64,000 nucleotides of DNA. Origin: the human T2T-CHM13v2.0 reference genome, Homo sapiens. The notes under the pieces were generated by a model that saw only the letters and a list, made by a program, of their open reading frames with translations, was not told the origin of the DNA and did no database searches. The stretch is taken from NCBI RefSeq assembly GCF_009914755.1, contig NC_060926.1; one strand, written 5' to 3'. Shown here one piece after another: positions 30,810-46,653 of this stretch; position 1 is the stretch's first letter, and every line of letters begins with the position of its first letter. Both the position numbers and the translations under genes were made by a program.

Positions 30810-32043
30810 GACAATTAAGATATTCTCATCGTCAGTAGCCCTCTGGCTTACAGTAGTAGGCATACTGATTCTGGCCCATGGGCTGGCAAGTCAGGGCCTC
30901 TTCTGGGCATCTCACTGATTCCACAATACTTTCTCAAAATGGGTAGACCTGAGAGGGCAGGGGGCTTGAAGTATTGGCTAATATTTGCACCTTTTGGCTA
31001 TTTGTTTTATCAACCCTTTTGCCCTGTCCCTATTGTTGCACACTTTAAATGCCATGTTAGGGTTGGCTTATAGGGGTTTGAGGTCCCACTGCTGCTTTTT
31101 GTAGCTTCCTTCTGATGTTAGATGCAGATTAGGTAATAAAATGTATACCCGGGAGAGCTTGCCCTTCTGGGGAGTCTGGGTCTGTTTAAGCACATTTCCT
31201 GAGTGCCTCAACTGAATGACTTTTCCCTGAGCTATTTCTCTAACCTTGTCATAATTGACTGGCTTAACCACATACTTTTTCCTCTTCTTTTTTCTCACAG
31301 CACAGAAGCAGATGACAATATTTGTAAGTCATGACAAGTTAAATCAAAGAACATAGATTAACAAACTCCTCCATAAATTTTTCTGGGTTCTCTGAAAACT
31401 GGCCAAATTATTTTCTTGTATAAAGCCAAATTAGACATAAAAATGGCACATGTACTCCAAGTGTTGCCCCATTTCCATCAGCTGCCTCCTACATTTAACA
31501 TAGGTTTGACTTTAGGGGCTGATATGGGGCCTCATTCCTGGTGGTACTGGTTGAGCTTACTTTCTTGGGCAGTGAGGTCTATTATAGGCTGAGGCTATGG
31601 ATAAGGGAGAAGGGATGCCTGATGATCTTGCAGTGGGATCCTTCATTAGAGATCTAGTTGGACTCCGCTACCCAGAATTAGAGGACTGAAGAGATTCTGG
31701 GGAGGGCGTAGGCCTTCTAAAGGGAGTAGCTAGGAGGAGATCCCTTAGGTGCAGCTTCCTAGTGCCCGGAAGCAACAGGAACCAGTAAAGGGCCATAAAA
31801 ACCTGTACATAAGGGACTTCTTTTTATTTTCCATCTTTTTTTTACAGAATAAGTCCAATTGTGAAATATCATTACCACTTATAGAACCATGTTTAAGCCA
31901 AATCTGTTGGTTTCTAATAGAGATTAACCAATGTTGCAATATAAAGCAAGTATCTTTTTCTTTAAGCCAAATATGAATTTGCTCCAATAGCCTAAATGAT
32001 ACCCATCGTGATTCCCCTGTAATGCTTATCATTGTCCCCATGA
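30810..32043 (-). pseudogene. gag: degenerate gammaretrovirus-like gag (MA, CA, NC remnants)
   Basis: MA 'ISQLDLFCKK'; CA 'KPVNYDKVREIAQG' and, in another frame, 'DPDSPEGQAL..HFIT*SASNIRRKLQKAAVGPQTP'; decayed zinc knuckle 'YYCKPEGY'; many frameshifts. Confidence 0.82.
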
Positions 32044-32674
32044 CTAACAAGGATTTTTACTGGACACAGAAGTTTCTCTAAGTCTAGAAAGAGGGAATAC
32101 AAGTAGGCCCTTGCTATTTTTCCCTTTTCAGATTCTCACTTCCTGCAGAGAAGGTGTAAGTATAGATATCAAGGTGTTATGAAAGTGGATTATAAGCATC
32201 TGCTGGTGAAAGAAATACAACAAAAGAAGTATTTTTATTAAGCAATAAGGAAAAGTAAATAAAGTGATAGTAAGAAAAGAAAATGCTATTATAGAAGTGA
32301 TAACTTTAGGGCAGAAAAAAAGAAAAGGCAAGACTAAGATTCCCCCAGGGTGGGCCTCCAACACACAATCCTAGAAGGAATGCCAATGCTGAAAACCCCA
32401 GAGCATCCAAGGGCTGGCCAACAATACCAAAAGCCAAAAACCTGGAGTACCCAAGCATCAGCCAAGCAGCATCCCCACACCAAATGCCAGAAACCCTGGA
32501 GAATCTGAGGACCAACCAAATGCCAAAATCCCTGGAGCATCAGGGAGGCATCCAACAGTGAACCGCAAAGGCCTGGTTGGAGCCACAGAACAACATGACT
32601 CTGGCCTCCATGAGTCCACACAATGGGGGACCTCTCACAATCAATTGTCCTGCCTTAAACAATTGCCCAGGGAG

Positions 32675-35042
<2,368 letters not shown>

Positions 35043-35533
35043 AAACAATTGCCCAGGGAGTCAAAGAAAAAAAAAGACTTCACACAAAACATTCACTTTT
35101 TTAAACAGAAAAATAACATGATTGGCAGAGGAATAAAGTGGAATCGAAGGAGAAAGGACTGGGGGAAGGGGTGACAAGAACACGTTTTGGGGCACTCAAA
35201 TGACCATGGACTTTTAACTACCACTTAGCCAAAGACTTTTATTCCCTAGCTTAACTAATGTTGGTTGGTGAGTTGGTGGTGGAGGGGAGGGGGCGTTGGG
35301 GGATGGCGGTCAGAGAGGACTAGACGAGCCCAAATGGCGTTGACTGATCTTCCATGTGGGACCCAGGTGAAGGTCTCTCCGGGTTTCCTCGGCTTGGGTG
35401 GGCTTGGCTGCCATGCCAGAGGCAGCACAGGGATAGGTGACTTGCTGGCCTCCTGGTAGGAGTAGCTGGTTTCACATGAGGCGTCACCATGGCCACTTGC
35501 CAATTCCCTCAGCTCTGCTGCCCACTGTGAAGG

Positions 35534-35559
35534 ATGATGGCTCTTAAAAGAGCCTTTGG
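35534..35559 (-). promoter_or_regulatory. histone mRNA 3' stem-loop-like element (SLBP-binding consensus)
   Basis: minus strand CCAAA-GGCTCT-TTTA-AGAGCC-ATCAT versus consensus CCAAA-GGYYYU-UYUN-ARRRCC-ACCCA; sequence match only, function untested. Confidence 0.7.
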
Positions 35560-35812
35560 CTAGTGGGACAGCTCTGTAGTGTTAACAGCTCTTGATTGAT
35601 ACAGACTCAGGGTTAGAGCTCTGCAGCTTTTGACCAATGTCTTGCTGTCTCTTGTCAATCTCTGCCTCTTGCTGTCTCATCCTCCCAGTGTCTCAAGCTT
35701 CTTGCTCTCACCATCCTGCTGCCTCTGTCTCTCTTCAATTACCGACTCTCCACTGATCACTGACTACCACCATTGCCACTATCTCACAACCTATGGCTAG
35801 TGACTACCATAA

Positions 35813-36144
35813 TGGACAGTGCAAGACAAGACTTTTCTAAAGACATTCAACAAGAGAATTGAACTGAGCAGAAGGTTGCTTTTTGACCTTGGGGTTAGTA
35901 TCTCACGAGTTAATTATATAATTTGGATATTTAATTGTCTCAGGCTAAGATAATGAGGCATATGTTATGTTCACAGAAAGCATATGCCTTGTCTGGGAAT
36001 AGCACAGGTTAAGTGCTTAGATCAGGAATGTCTCTTTATATTAAGTAGTGCCTAGTTGGATACACTCCATGTTTACCTCATTCTTTTTTGTTTTCTAAGT
36101 CTAATAGTTAATACATTCTTTCTTTAAATATGTTAATCTCTTCA
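35813..36144 (-). mobile_element. putative 5' LTR of the ERV1 remnant
   Basis: minus strand TGAAG...CA followed by ttaTGG (PBS-like position); family not recognised. Confidence 0.3.
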
Positions 36145-36863
36145 ATCAAATTAGAGTCATGTCCTACTTAGGGAAAGTTTTCCACCTTATAGTAACTTGT
36201 CTTTCCTTTCTGTATTCCACCATTTTTAGCCTTGAAGAAGAAACTCCTTTTCTCTTACTAACATGGTTTCAGAAAACATTTTATCACAGCTCACAAGTAC
36301 GGGAAACTGGAATCCATATTCCATGCATATGATTGGCATCTCCTCGTATAAACTCCTATAGACATGAAGCTAGCAGGTTAGCAGGTTGAAAATATGTAGC
36401 TAGCAGGTTAGCAAGGTTAGCAAGCTGAAAATATGTAACCTCACAATTCTTATATTTGAAAATATAAATTATATTTTAAATTTGCCAAAATACTCAAAAG
36501 TATAACATTTCTGACATGTCAATTACTTTTCATTGTTTTTAGTAAAAAATTAGTTTTTGGTTGTTTCAAATATATTTTATTTATAAACTGTATAAAATAA
36601 TAATCATTATTTTATACAAGTGTTTCAAAAATGCAATGAGATAATATGCAAAATATATACATTATAAAACTATTTATAAATGACCATATTTAATATCACT
36701 AAATATTTATCTTATTTTTGTAACAAGTATGTAAAATTGCAAAGTAAGGAACATACCATTGGTACATGTCAGCACACATTTATAGGTCAGGAATAAATGC
36801 ACTTTAAATGACAGGAATGGACAAGAAGCACCTTTTTAAAATAGCAAACACTTATAGAAATAA

Positions 36864-37601
<738 letters not shown>

Positions 37602-37669
37602 CTATAATTTTTCTTGGAAGAATATAAGCATATCCATGAATCTGGGGCTTCCAAGGCCCCAGAAAATCA

Positions 37670-38150
37670 GATATCCTGGGTTTGAGTTCGGCTTCTACTA
37701 TTGCATATAAGACCTTGGGCAAATCACATAATAGCCTTTACCTTCAAAGTCCTCTTATATAAAATAAAGACAGCTTTTACCCTGCCTCTCTCACATGCTT
37801 GTTGAGATGTATGGGTGTATGAGTGTTTATATCCATGTGTGCATGTATATGTGTATGTGTATGTATATATACCTAAAAATGCCAAACAATAATAAAATGA
37901 AAAGTATTCGTATATTTTATTCAAGTCGAGAAGCATTTCCTCATTTTTACTATCAGCTCTAAGTCAGGTGTGATACTGAGAACTTTACTTCCATTGCCTC
38001 TGTTTATCTCTATGAGGTACAGTTACTATTCTTCTTTTCCAGATGAAGAAATTGAGAATTCAAAGTGTTAATTAATTACCTAAAATAAGACTAATGGTAA
38101 ATGGCATAGCAGGGATTTAAAAATGGGAGTCTAGCCTAACCTCAAAGCCT
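37670..38150. mobile_element. two MIR fragments (+ ~37670-37810; - ~37935-38150)
   Basis: 'gaccttgggcaaatcac' and 'ccagatgaagaaattgag'. Confidence 0.65.
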
Positions 38151-38292
38151 GTCTAAAGTAATTCTGGAACAATCACAGTAGTTTAGGGTTAGGGCTTGTA
38201 ATAAGCAATGATAAAAATATACTCTCCATTACTTAGAATTCTGTGACCCTATTTATTCTAGGTGTCCCCCAATATCTCTGACTTCCTATTTC

Positions 38293-38610
<318 letters not shown>

Positions 38611-39239
38611 TGACTGCCTATTTCATCTGTGAATTTCTAAGCTTCTGTTATCTCACCTGTTAAATTATTTAATGAGATTCAAATCCTACCCAGGTTCCCT
38701 GCAGATGTAAACATCTATTTTTGATTTCTATTGGTTGGTTTAGGTCTTTATATTACTCCCCTACAGCAGTGAGTATTTTCTGAATTTGAGGTATTCTTTT
38801 GCATCCTTCTTATCTCTCTATCTTTCTTTCTCTACCTCCTCCCTCCAATTTTATTCCAATCTAACATCTCATCTCTATCCTCTACAGTAACAATATCTAA
38901 GTCTGTGTGTTCCATTATCCTAAAACAATGCTCTATTGCCTTGCCTTTTAAAACAGCTAATTGTTGTTCTATAAACATTTCTTCAGTTAATGCCCCCACT
39001 TCTGAATTATATTACACAAACATTTCGTTCTTCCTTTCCTTCCTTCCACTGCACTTGAAACTGCTCTTTCACAGTCAGCAATGGCCTGTAAAATGCTTTT
39101 CTCTTCTTATTTAGTTTACATACTTTTTCGGTGGGAATTAGCACTGTTGGCCACCCTTTCTCTACTCTTTGATTTCCAAAATCTCCTAAGATTCTTACAA
39201 TTTTCAATAATCTTTATTGAGTTATTAGCTCCTACTTGC

Positions 39240-40175
39240 TCATTCAAAGAAATAAAGGAGAATGGCAAGCAGGGAGAAATCCACGGTTCTATCTTGTCCC
39301 TTGAGGGAATCAGCAAAGACCACTTACATGAGAATGACCATAGGCTATTGTCTTAGTCCATTTTGTGTTGCTATAACAGGGTACCTAAAACTGGATAATT
39401 TATAAAGAAATTCATTTCTTACAGTTCTGAGGCTAGGAAATCTAAGGTCAAAGGACTGCATCTGGAGATGGCCTTCTTGCTAGTTGGGACTCTCTGCAGA
39501 GTCCTGAGGTGGTGCAGGGCATCGCATGGCAAGAGGGCTTATTACAGATAGTCAAGCTGGCTTTTATAAAATAACCGCTCTCATGATAGCTATCCCATTC
39601 CCTTGAAAGTCCCTTAATTCATTAATCTATTAGCCCATGAATAGATTAATACATACATGAGGGCAGAGCCATTACGACCCAATGACCTCCCAAAGGTAAC
39701 AATGCTGCATTGAGCACCAAATTTCCAACACATGAACTTTTGGGAGACACATTCAAACCATAGCACCTACTTATTTAGGTTTTGCGATAGCAAGAAAATC
39801 AGCCACCATCGCTTGCATTTGGCAGATATTCAAAGGCAAACAAGGAAGTTGGAATGCTTTAGAGCAGAAGGCAAAAAAGGGAATGCTTTAGGTATACCTT
39901 GGAGGTTGTTGTTATGTGAAAGCTAGAGCTGAGATGATAACCAGCATTCTATGTGATTGGTTTAGGAAGCATATTTGCTTACCCTAGATGATCCTGAGTT
40001 GGAAGCAGGGATGGAGGGGATAAAAATTAGGATAGCTAACATCCATTGCCCAAGTTCTGATCATTTGGGGATACTTGCTGTAGAAGCTGTGGTTTGCCTT
40101 CTCAAAGTGGTTACTCCTGGACTGTGATTAGAATTCTACTTTTATATACGGCATAGACATTGTTTGCTTCTCTCT
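39240..40175. mobile_element. ERVL-type LTR (LTR52-like), interrupted by MSTC
   Basis: recalled similarity of 'gggaatcagcaaagacc', 'tgattggtttaggaagcatattt', 'cctgagttggaagcaggg'. Confidence 0.45.
39349..39765 (-). mobile_element. MSTC-type MaLR solo LTR
   Basis: 'tgtcttagtccattttgtgttgctataaca...cacattcaaaccatagca'; 'gactctctgcagagtcc'. Confidence 0.87.
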
Positions 40176-41149
40176 CACCATAAATTCCCTATAGAGGCTG
40201 CTTTTAGAGAAATTAGCCCTTGCTTCTGACTGTGCTTTTTGTTATTTTTGTTGATTTGTTTCTTTGTTTTTGCCATAGATCATATATAGGCCATAGCCAA
40301 AGAGTGAGGACTGAACAGATATTCTCTCTTTCTAACCTGCTTCAACTATAGACATGCTAATGGAACAGTGTGTTCATTATAATTCATACAGTAACTGGGC
40401 AATCACATGAGGAGAGAGCTTCTTAAATATATGGTAGGGCCATTTTGTTTCCAAAATGGATTTAAAGGTAGATGCCCAACTGGAAATAATGAGCATTTAA
40501 TTTTTCTCCTGATTTACACAGACCAGAAGACACCTTAAAAATTGGATAGACTACTTTTTATCCATCTTCACTCCTTTTTCTTCCAAATAATTTCATTTTT
40601 TCTTCTGTCCTTTAATTCTTCTTCACAGAGAGTGATGCATTTCCTTTCTAAAATCTGTATGGTGTCATCTGAACCAGGTATACCACAGTAATTTGAATCA
40701 AGAAGCAGATAAATCATGTGTGATTGATAATAGAGTTATACACTGAGAAAAGAAAATGAATTACAATAAAGAATAATCAGCCCTGTTGAGCTAGAAGGCA
40801 GGTAAAATGGGGCTTAATGTCGTATAAATATGAAGCTCTAAGATTTTAGACTTTTATGCAGTACTACCATAAATCATGGCACAAAACATTTCTGTATTTC
40901 ACAGATCATGCACACACATTTCTTTCTATCATTTGGCAGACACATTTCAAGATTCATTAGCCTAGCTTCTGTTGTGCTTCTTTGAGTAAAATGTGTCCTG
41001 TTCCTATATACATCCAAGGAGAGGGCAAAAATATTTCAACAGACCACATATAAGAGCCCTAAAAAACTGAATCTTCCTCCTTTCCCAGAGCAAACTACAA
41101 AATTTTCTTTCGATGCTACTCAACCTTATAATGAGACAGTGACACAAAG

Positions 41150-41960
41150 TTATTTTTATTTATTAATGTTATAATTTTCATGTAAAATTCAATGAATTTT
41201 GTCCATAATACTATTACATTTCTATCATATGAAAAATTTCCTCATGCACGTCACCCACCGGTCCATCTAACCTAATCTTAACCCCTTGTCAGAAGCTTAT
41301 CACTATTCTGATTTCGATTTCCATATATTAGTTTTCTCTGTTCTTGAACTTCATGTAAATTATGTACACTTCATACGGGGTGTATTATTGTGTTTGTGGC
41401 CAGTAGTTCTTTCCTTATCATTGCAGTATAGGATTCCATTGTGTTTATATACCACAATTTGTTTATTATCCTATGGATGGAAATTTGAGTTGTTTCTTTC
41501 CCATTGAAAAAATAACACTGCTCTAGAGATTCCTTTAGGTATTGTGTGTATATATGCCCTCATGTCTCTTGGACATTGTGGAATTGCTAAGTTATGTCTG
41601 CTTAACACTGTAAGAAACTGACAAAGAGTTTTCCAAAATGGCTGTACCATTTTACATTCCACCCAGCAGTATATGATAATTTCTACGCCTCCATATCCTC
41701 ACTAACTCTGGGTATTGTCAAACTATTACATTATAACCATTTTGATAGATGTAAAATGGTATCTAGTTGTGGCTTTTCACTTTCATTTTCCTGTTGATTA
41801 ATGATGTCAAGCACCTTTTGCATGTCTTTAGCAATCACTCATATGATCCCTGAAGTGTATATTCATGTCTTCTGCCCATTTTACTGTGTTGTTAGTCTTG
41901 TTTGTCTTTTTATTATTAATTTGTTGGTGTACTTTATATATTCTGGAAACAAATCTTTTG
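41150..41960 (-). mobile_element. old L1ME 3' region
   Basis: 'ttccaaaatggctgtaccattttacattcccaccc'; ORF 41471..41662 'ECKMVQPFWKT'. Confidence 0.75.
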
Positions 41961-42391
41961 GGCTTCAAATTATTCTTGACGTGTGTCTCCACTGGATCTC
42001 TACATACTATTAAACATTTTGTTGAAAATTAGGAAATACTTTGTTTAAAATTAAGAAATAGTCTAGACAAACAAAAATTCACTAAGAGTGATGGAACAAA
42101 CACTTCCAAATCTGTTCACCACACCAGATATGCCAACCATAATTTTCATACAGCAAAATACTGCAAATGTAGTCCAATTATTCTAGTATGCCACTTTCTA
42201 GTTGCATTTCCTTATAGCAACATCAGGAAAACACACAGAAAGTAGTTTCGTGTTACTTTTTATCATTCCATGTGCTTATTTATGCTTGTGTAATGCATAT
42301 GTGTATACCTGATGATAAATAATATTTTAAAACCTGATTATAACAGTATCATGTTATATGTATTTTTCTAATATTGTGTAATTTAGAGTAT

Positions 42392-42560
42392 CTGTAAGAG
42401 ATGTTTTGAATGTTCTCCCCACAAAGAAGGAATAAATATATGAAGTGATGGATATATTAAATACTCTGACTAGATTTTTACATAATGTATACATGTATTG
42501 AAACATCATGCTCTACCTCATAAATATTTAGTATTGTGTGTCAATTTAGAATGAAATTTA
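42392..42560 (+). mobile_element. L1MA 3' end
   Basis: 'ttttgaatgttctccccacaaagaa...gtgatggatat...tgtgtcaattt'. Confidence 0.8.
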
Positions 42561-45500
42561 CAACAATATTTGTAAGGTATATATTGCAGTTATACAAAAT
42601 GAATAACAAATCAGTATTGAGAAACATGATTACATAAGACTTTAATAAAGGAATCATATTTTAATGGGAAATGGAATAATATAAGTGATATAAATTTTCA
42701 TAAATTTGTTTTAGGCTTATTGCAATTTCATAAAAATATCAATAAAAGTTAAAATAATTTTATCAATTTTATTTAGAAGAATTAATACAAAGGATCCAAT
42801 ATTATAACTAAAGTAAAAAGGGAAAATTCACTACCGAATTGAAAACCACAATGAGTTCATAGAGGTATAAAATAAAGCACCAAGATACCAAGTGAAAAAA
42901 GAGAAAATTACCAAAAAGAAATTAGTAATAACAGCCATTTAATTTATTAAAATATTAAATCCCACGATAATCAAATAAGAACTAATAAAAAGTTATACTA
43001 TTGTATTGCCATAACTGGGAGTATCAATATAAATTAATTAGTTAGTTTTATTTCAGTTAGTGTTTGAGTATTAACAAAAATATTCATTTTTCTACTCTTC
43101 CATATTGATTCTTGTATGCCTACATCTATAGATCTTTGAGTAAAATTCTTTGGAATACGGTTCCTAAGAACAAAATTACTGTCATAAATAAGTTGACATA
43201 TACAGTTACCTTGCTTGGAACAGGCTTGAAATAAGTTTATTGTCTCAGAGTAAATATAAATAGCTTCCTCTTTCAATCTCAAAGTTGTATGTTTACCCTA
43301 ATCATAAATTATATGCACATTTAAATGACTTTACAGGTTGCTCTTCACAATGGCTATATTAGTCTATATTGTCTTCAGAAATGTGTCAGAATTTCTATAT
43401 ACCAACATCACTGCTAGCGTAAGGCAATATCCAGCTTTCTGATTCTTTTAGCCAAATAGATATAAATAGTAGCTTACTGTGTTTTTTAATTTTTATTTTT
43501 GTGAGTACTAATAATTTTGAGTATATCTTATGCTTATTAGCATCATTGATTTCCTATTTTATAAATTGCATGTTTATACTAATACCATTTTTATCTGTGT
43601 ACCTCAATATTCCTAACTGATTTTCATAATTAAAAGCAAAATATTAGCTTCAAAGAAACTATGGAATATTAGGACTATAAGCAGCATTTAAGTCAAAGAA
43701 AACAAATATTTCCTTGATAACAGAATTCCTCTTAGCTTTTTTTAGATGATTAAATATAATATTATTTGTTCTCAAATATGACCTACATTTAGCTCTGTAC
43801 CTAATAATACTTTTTATGTTTTATTCAAATGACCTGATTCCACAATCCTGGCATTGAACTTGAAGTCAGGGAGCACAGTGAATAAGGAAATGGGAAAAAT
43901 AGCCTTGGAACTGAAAGGCTAACTCTGGGCATGACATGAGCTGATGAAGTCTCTGTATGCAGCTGAGCTGGAATATCTATCAGATGCTCTTCTTATAGTC
44001 AGCTTCTCCCAGTAGATTTGAGTTAACCTTTAGGAAATAAGATGTAATTTCAATATATGCCCTTCAGACTCTAAGACATTAGGTTTTAACATAGAGCTCC
44101 ACAAACTTTGTTTAGGTATAAGGAAAAAGGATAAGATATCACTTTCAAAGTTAATGATATAAATCACTGAAGAAAGAAATTAATTTTAATCTCTCAGGTC
44201 ACACAGCCAGAATCTCCCAGTTTTCTATTTTGTAACTGTTAGCATCCTTTTGTGCAGAAGATGCAACCATTTCCTCAGGAGGTTAACTTAAAATGAGTGC
44301 ACAGTATAATTAAACACCCTTTGTCTTGGAAAAACATCTCATACTTCAGATTCAAAAAAAAGCACTTTAAAATATTATTAGCGTATTTGACCATTAAGAA
44401 TTAAGAGTTGTATATGAGAAATTGGGATAAACAATTATAGGAATCTTTCTCCATTTGGCCATCAACTGGGGAAATATCTATGTATGTTATTTTATTTTTT
44501 ATTATGCCATGTCTTGATAATGACTGTCCCTTTACATTAAAAAATATCTTAACAGACTGTGCATGGTCAGTGTTATAAGTTTAGCCATTTTAATGGCTTA
44601 TTAATATTACTTCCCCATTGGCTAGATTTATTGCTGAGCAATCAGTCTTTAATGTGACCCCACATTCCAAATCAAGCATAACATGTTCGATTTGGTAGGG
44701 CAATTTTAACACTGCTAGCATGGACACTAAATTTTTGTCAGTCTCACTCTGTGTCCTTGGTCAGTTCATTAAATTTTTGGGTGGATGAATATCTTCCTCT
44801 GTTAAGTTGATGACATTCTACTTGTCAAGAATGGAAGAAGAAAGAGCTAATTAAATATATGAAACACTTTTAATGCTAACAAGTGTAAAATAAGTGGTAA
44901 GTTGAACAGTGTTAAACCTTAATACTTGCACTACATAACTATAAAATATAATTAGTTACAATGTTCACTTTACCTTTTACCCAAAACGATTTGCAATTTG
45001 ATTATATAAGGCACACAATATAGATAAAGTTTTGGTTCAGGATATATATCAGGTTATTCTTAATTTTACCCAGGAGTGAAAAGGGAATGAAGATGATTGA
45101 ACAGGTCCAGGATAGTAAGACATTATTCATTATATTAATGACAATAATTTTAGCATGTGAAGTACGAGTTTTTGACATTTTAAATACCCAGATGTAATTT
45201 ATGTAGTTGGTTGCTTAACCAATTTCACACTTCCTCTAAAATAATCTGTTTATTTTCTATTGTTATCTCTTATTCATTCAACATAGACTCCCCCTCCAGC
45301 TTGCTCCTACTCCCAGCTCCAAGCTTAGTTATGACTGGTCTGCAAGTAAACTTAATCCCTGGTGAAAGTATAAAGTTCAGGAACTCTAATTACACCAATT
45401 ACCTAATGGTATTTCTCTGACCACAGAAATAGATATATGACACAATCCACACCATTTTTTTAAAGTATATTTGCCAGGATTTCCATGAAATAAGTTTACT

Positions 45501-45788
45501 TTTTAAAAATATTTTAAGAATAAAGGACAACAAAAAAATAAAAATTCTCTTTATCTTCAGATATCTCAGGATATCATGGTATATGATTACAAATCTTGAA
45601 ACAATTATAGACTTTTTTAATGATGGGAGATGCTAGCCAGAGGCTGAAAACAATATATGGAAAGAAGGATGTAGCATAGGCAGACCAAAGAGTTGGAGGC
45701 ATAACCATGGGAATTAAGTCAAGTTTGCATTTGTTCTACTTTTGTACTTCCAGTTAAATGAATAGTACATTTAATTCTTGTTTAGGAT

Positions 45789-45902
45789 CAAGTCCCTCTG
45801 CATATGGTTGCACAGGTGGTGTTTTATAGAACTCCAGTGGGTGCTATTTGCATAGACTCCAATATGAAGGATGTTTCTGGATTGTTTACTGTGGTGACCC
45901 TG
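45789..45902 (+). mobile_element. MER91B-like hAT MITE
   Basis: 'catatggttgcacagg...actccagtgggtgctatttgcatagact...gaccctg'. Confidence 0.6.
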
Positions 45903-46399
45903 AGTCAGGAGTTATGTTACCTCAGGGAAAAGCATCCTAAACAATGCAATGGTTAATGCAACCTGCAGTTAAGATTCTTTCCAATGCTTAACACTGCTAA
46001 AAGTTTAATGTTGCTAAAAAGGTTTAGGACTATCTGGATAAAGGTAATATTAGCAAAAGTTTGGGCAATAGCCATAATTCAATTATATTCAGCTTGATTA
46101 TATTAACATTTTTGCTTAGCACTTACTGTGTGCAAAGCAATATACTAGGGGATACAAAGGTTAAAAATGTCATAAAAATACAGTTCTGACCTTCAGGGAT
46201 GTTACATAGTTTGAAAAATATATCAACAGAAACATCATACAAAAAAAATCAACAAAAAGCACAAAAATATCCAAGTGGTTAGTAGGAGATTTAAAGAAGT
46301 TATAAATGATATATAATTCAGATTCTAAATTGCCTCACTAAAGAGGTGCCTTGAAGTATGCAGCTTGAAAGATTTTGATAAATGTCAATGTAGCAGTGG

Positions 46400-46614
46400 T
46401 ATTTTGTAAGCAAAGAGATAGAAACTGAAAAAAAACTGCATATGAAAAGTATGATAATTATTGTGAACAAATCATTAGAGAATTTCAACAACATATTTGA
46501 GCTAGCAGCAGGAAAAAAAATTAGTGAATTTTAATATAGATCAAGTAGAAAGTATGCAATCTGAGGAGAAAAAAATTGAAAAAAATAAATACTTGGAGAT
46601 CCATTATACAACAT

Positions 46615-46653
<39 letters not shown>

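Noticed and set aside
31280-31330. Micro-exon (polypyrimidine-cag ... gtaagt) antisense within gag
   Set aside because: Only 23 nt, no supporting gene context, and such motifs arise by chance.
35560-35800. Histone processed pseudogene or U7 snRNA pseudogene explaining the stem-loop and HDE motifs
   Set aside because: No histone coding sequence lies upstream of the stem-loop, and the U7-like matches lack the Sm site and 3' hairpin of U7.
35790-35809. Assigning a tRNA to the PBS (minus strand tggtagtcactagccatagg)
   Set aside because: Too degenerate; only loose similarity to Arg or Met PBS sequences.
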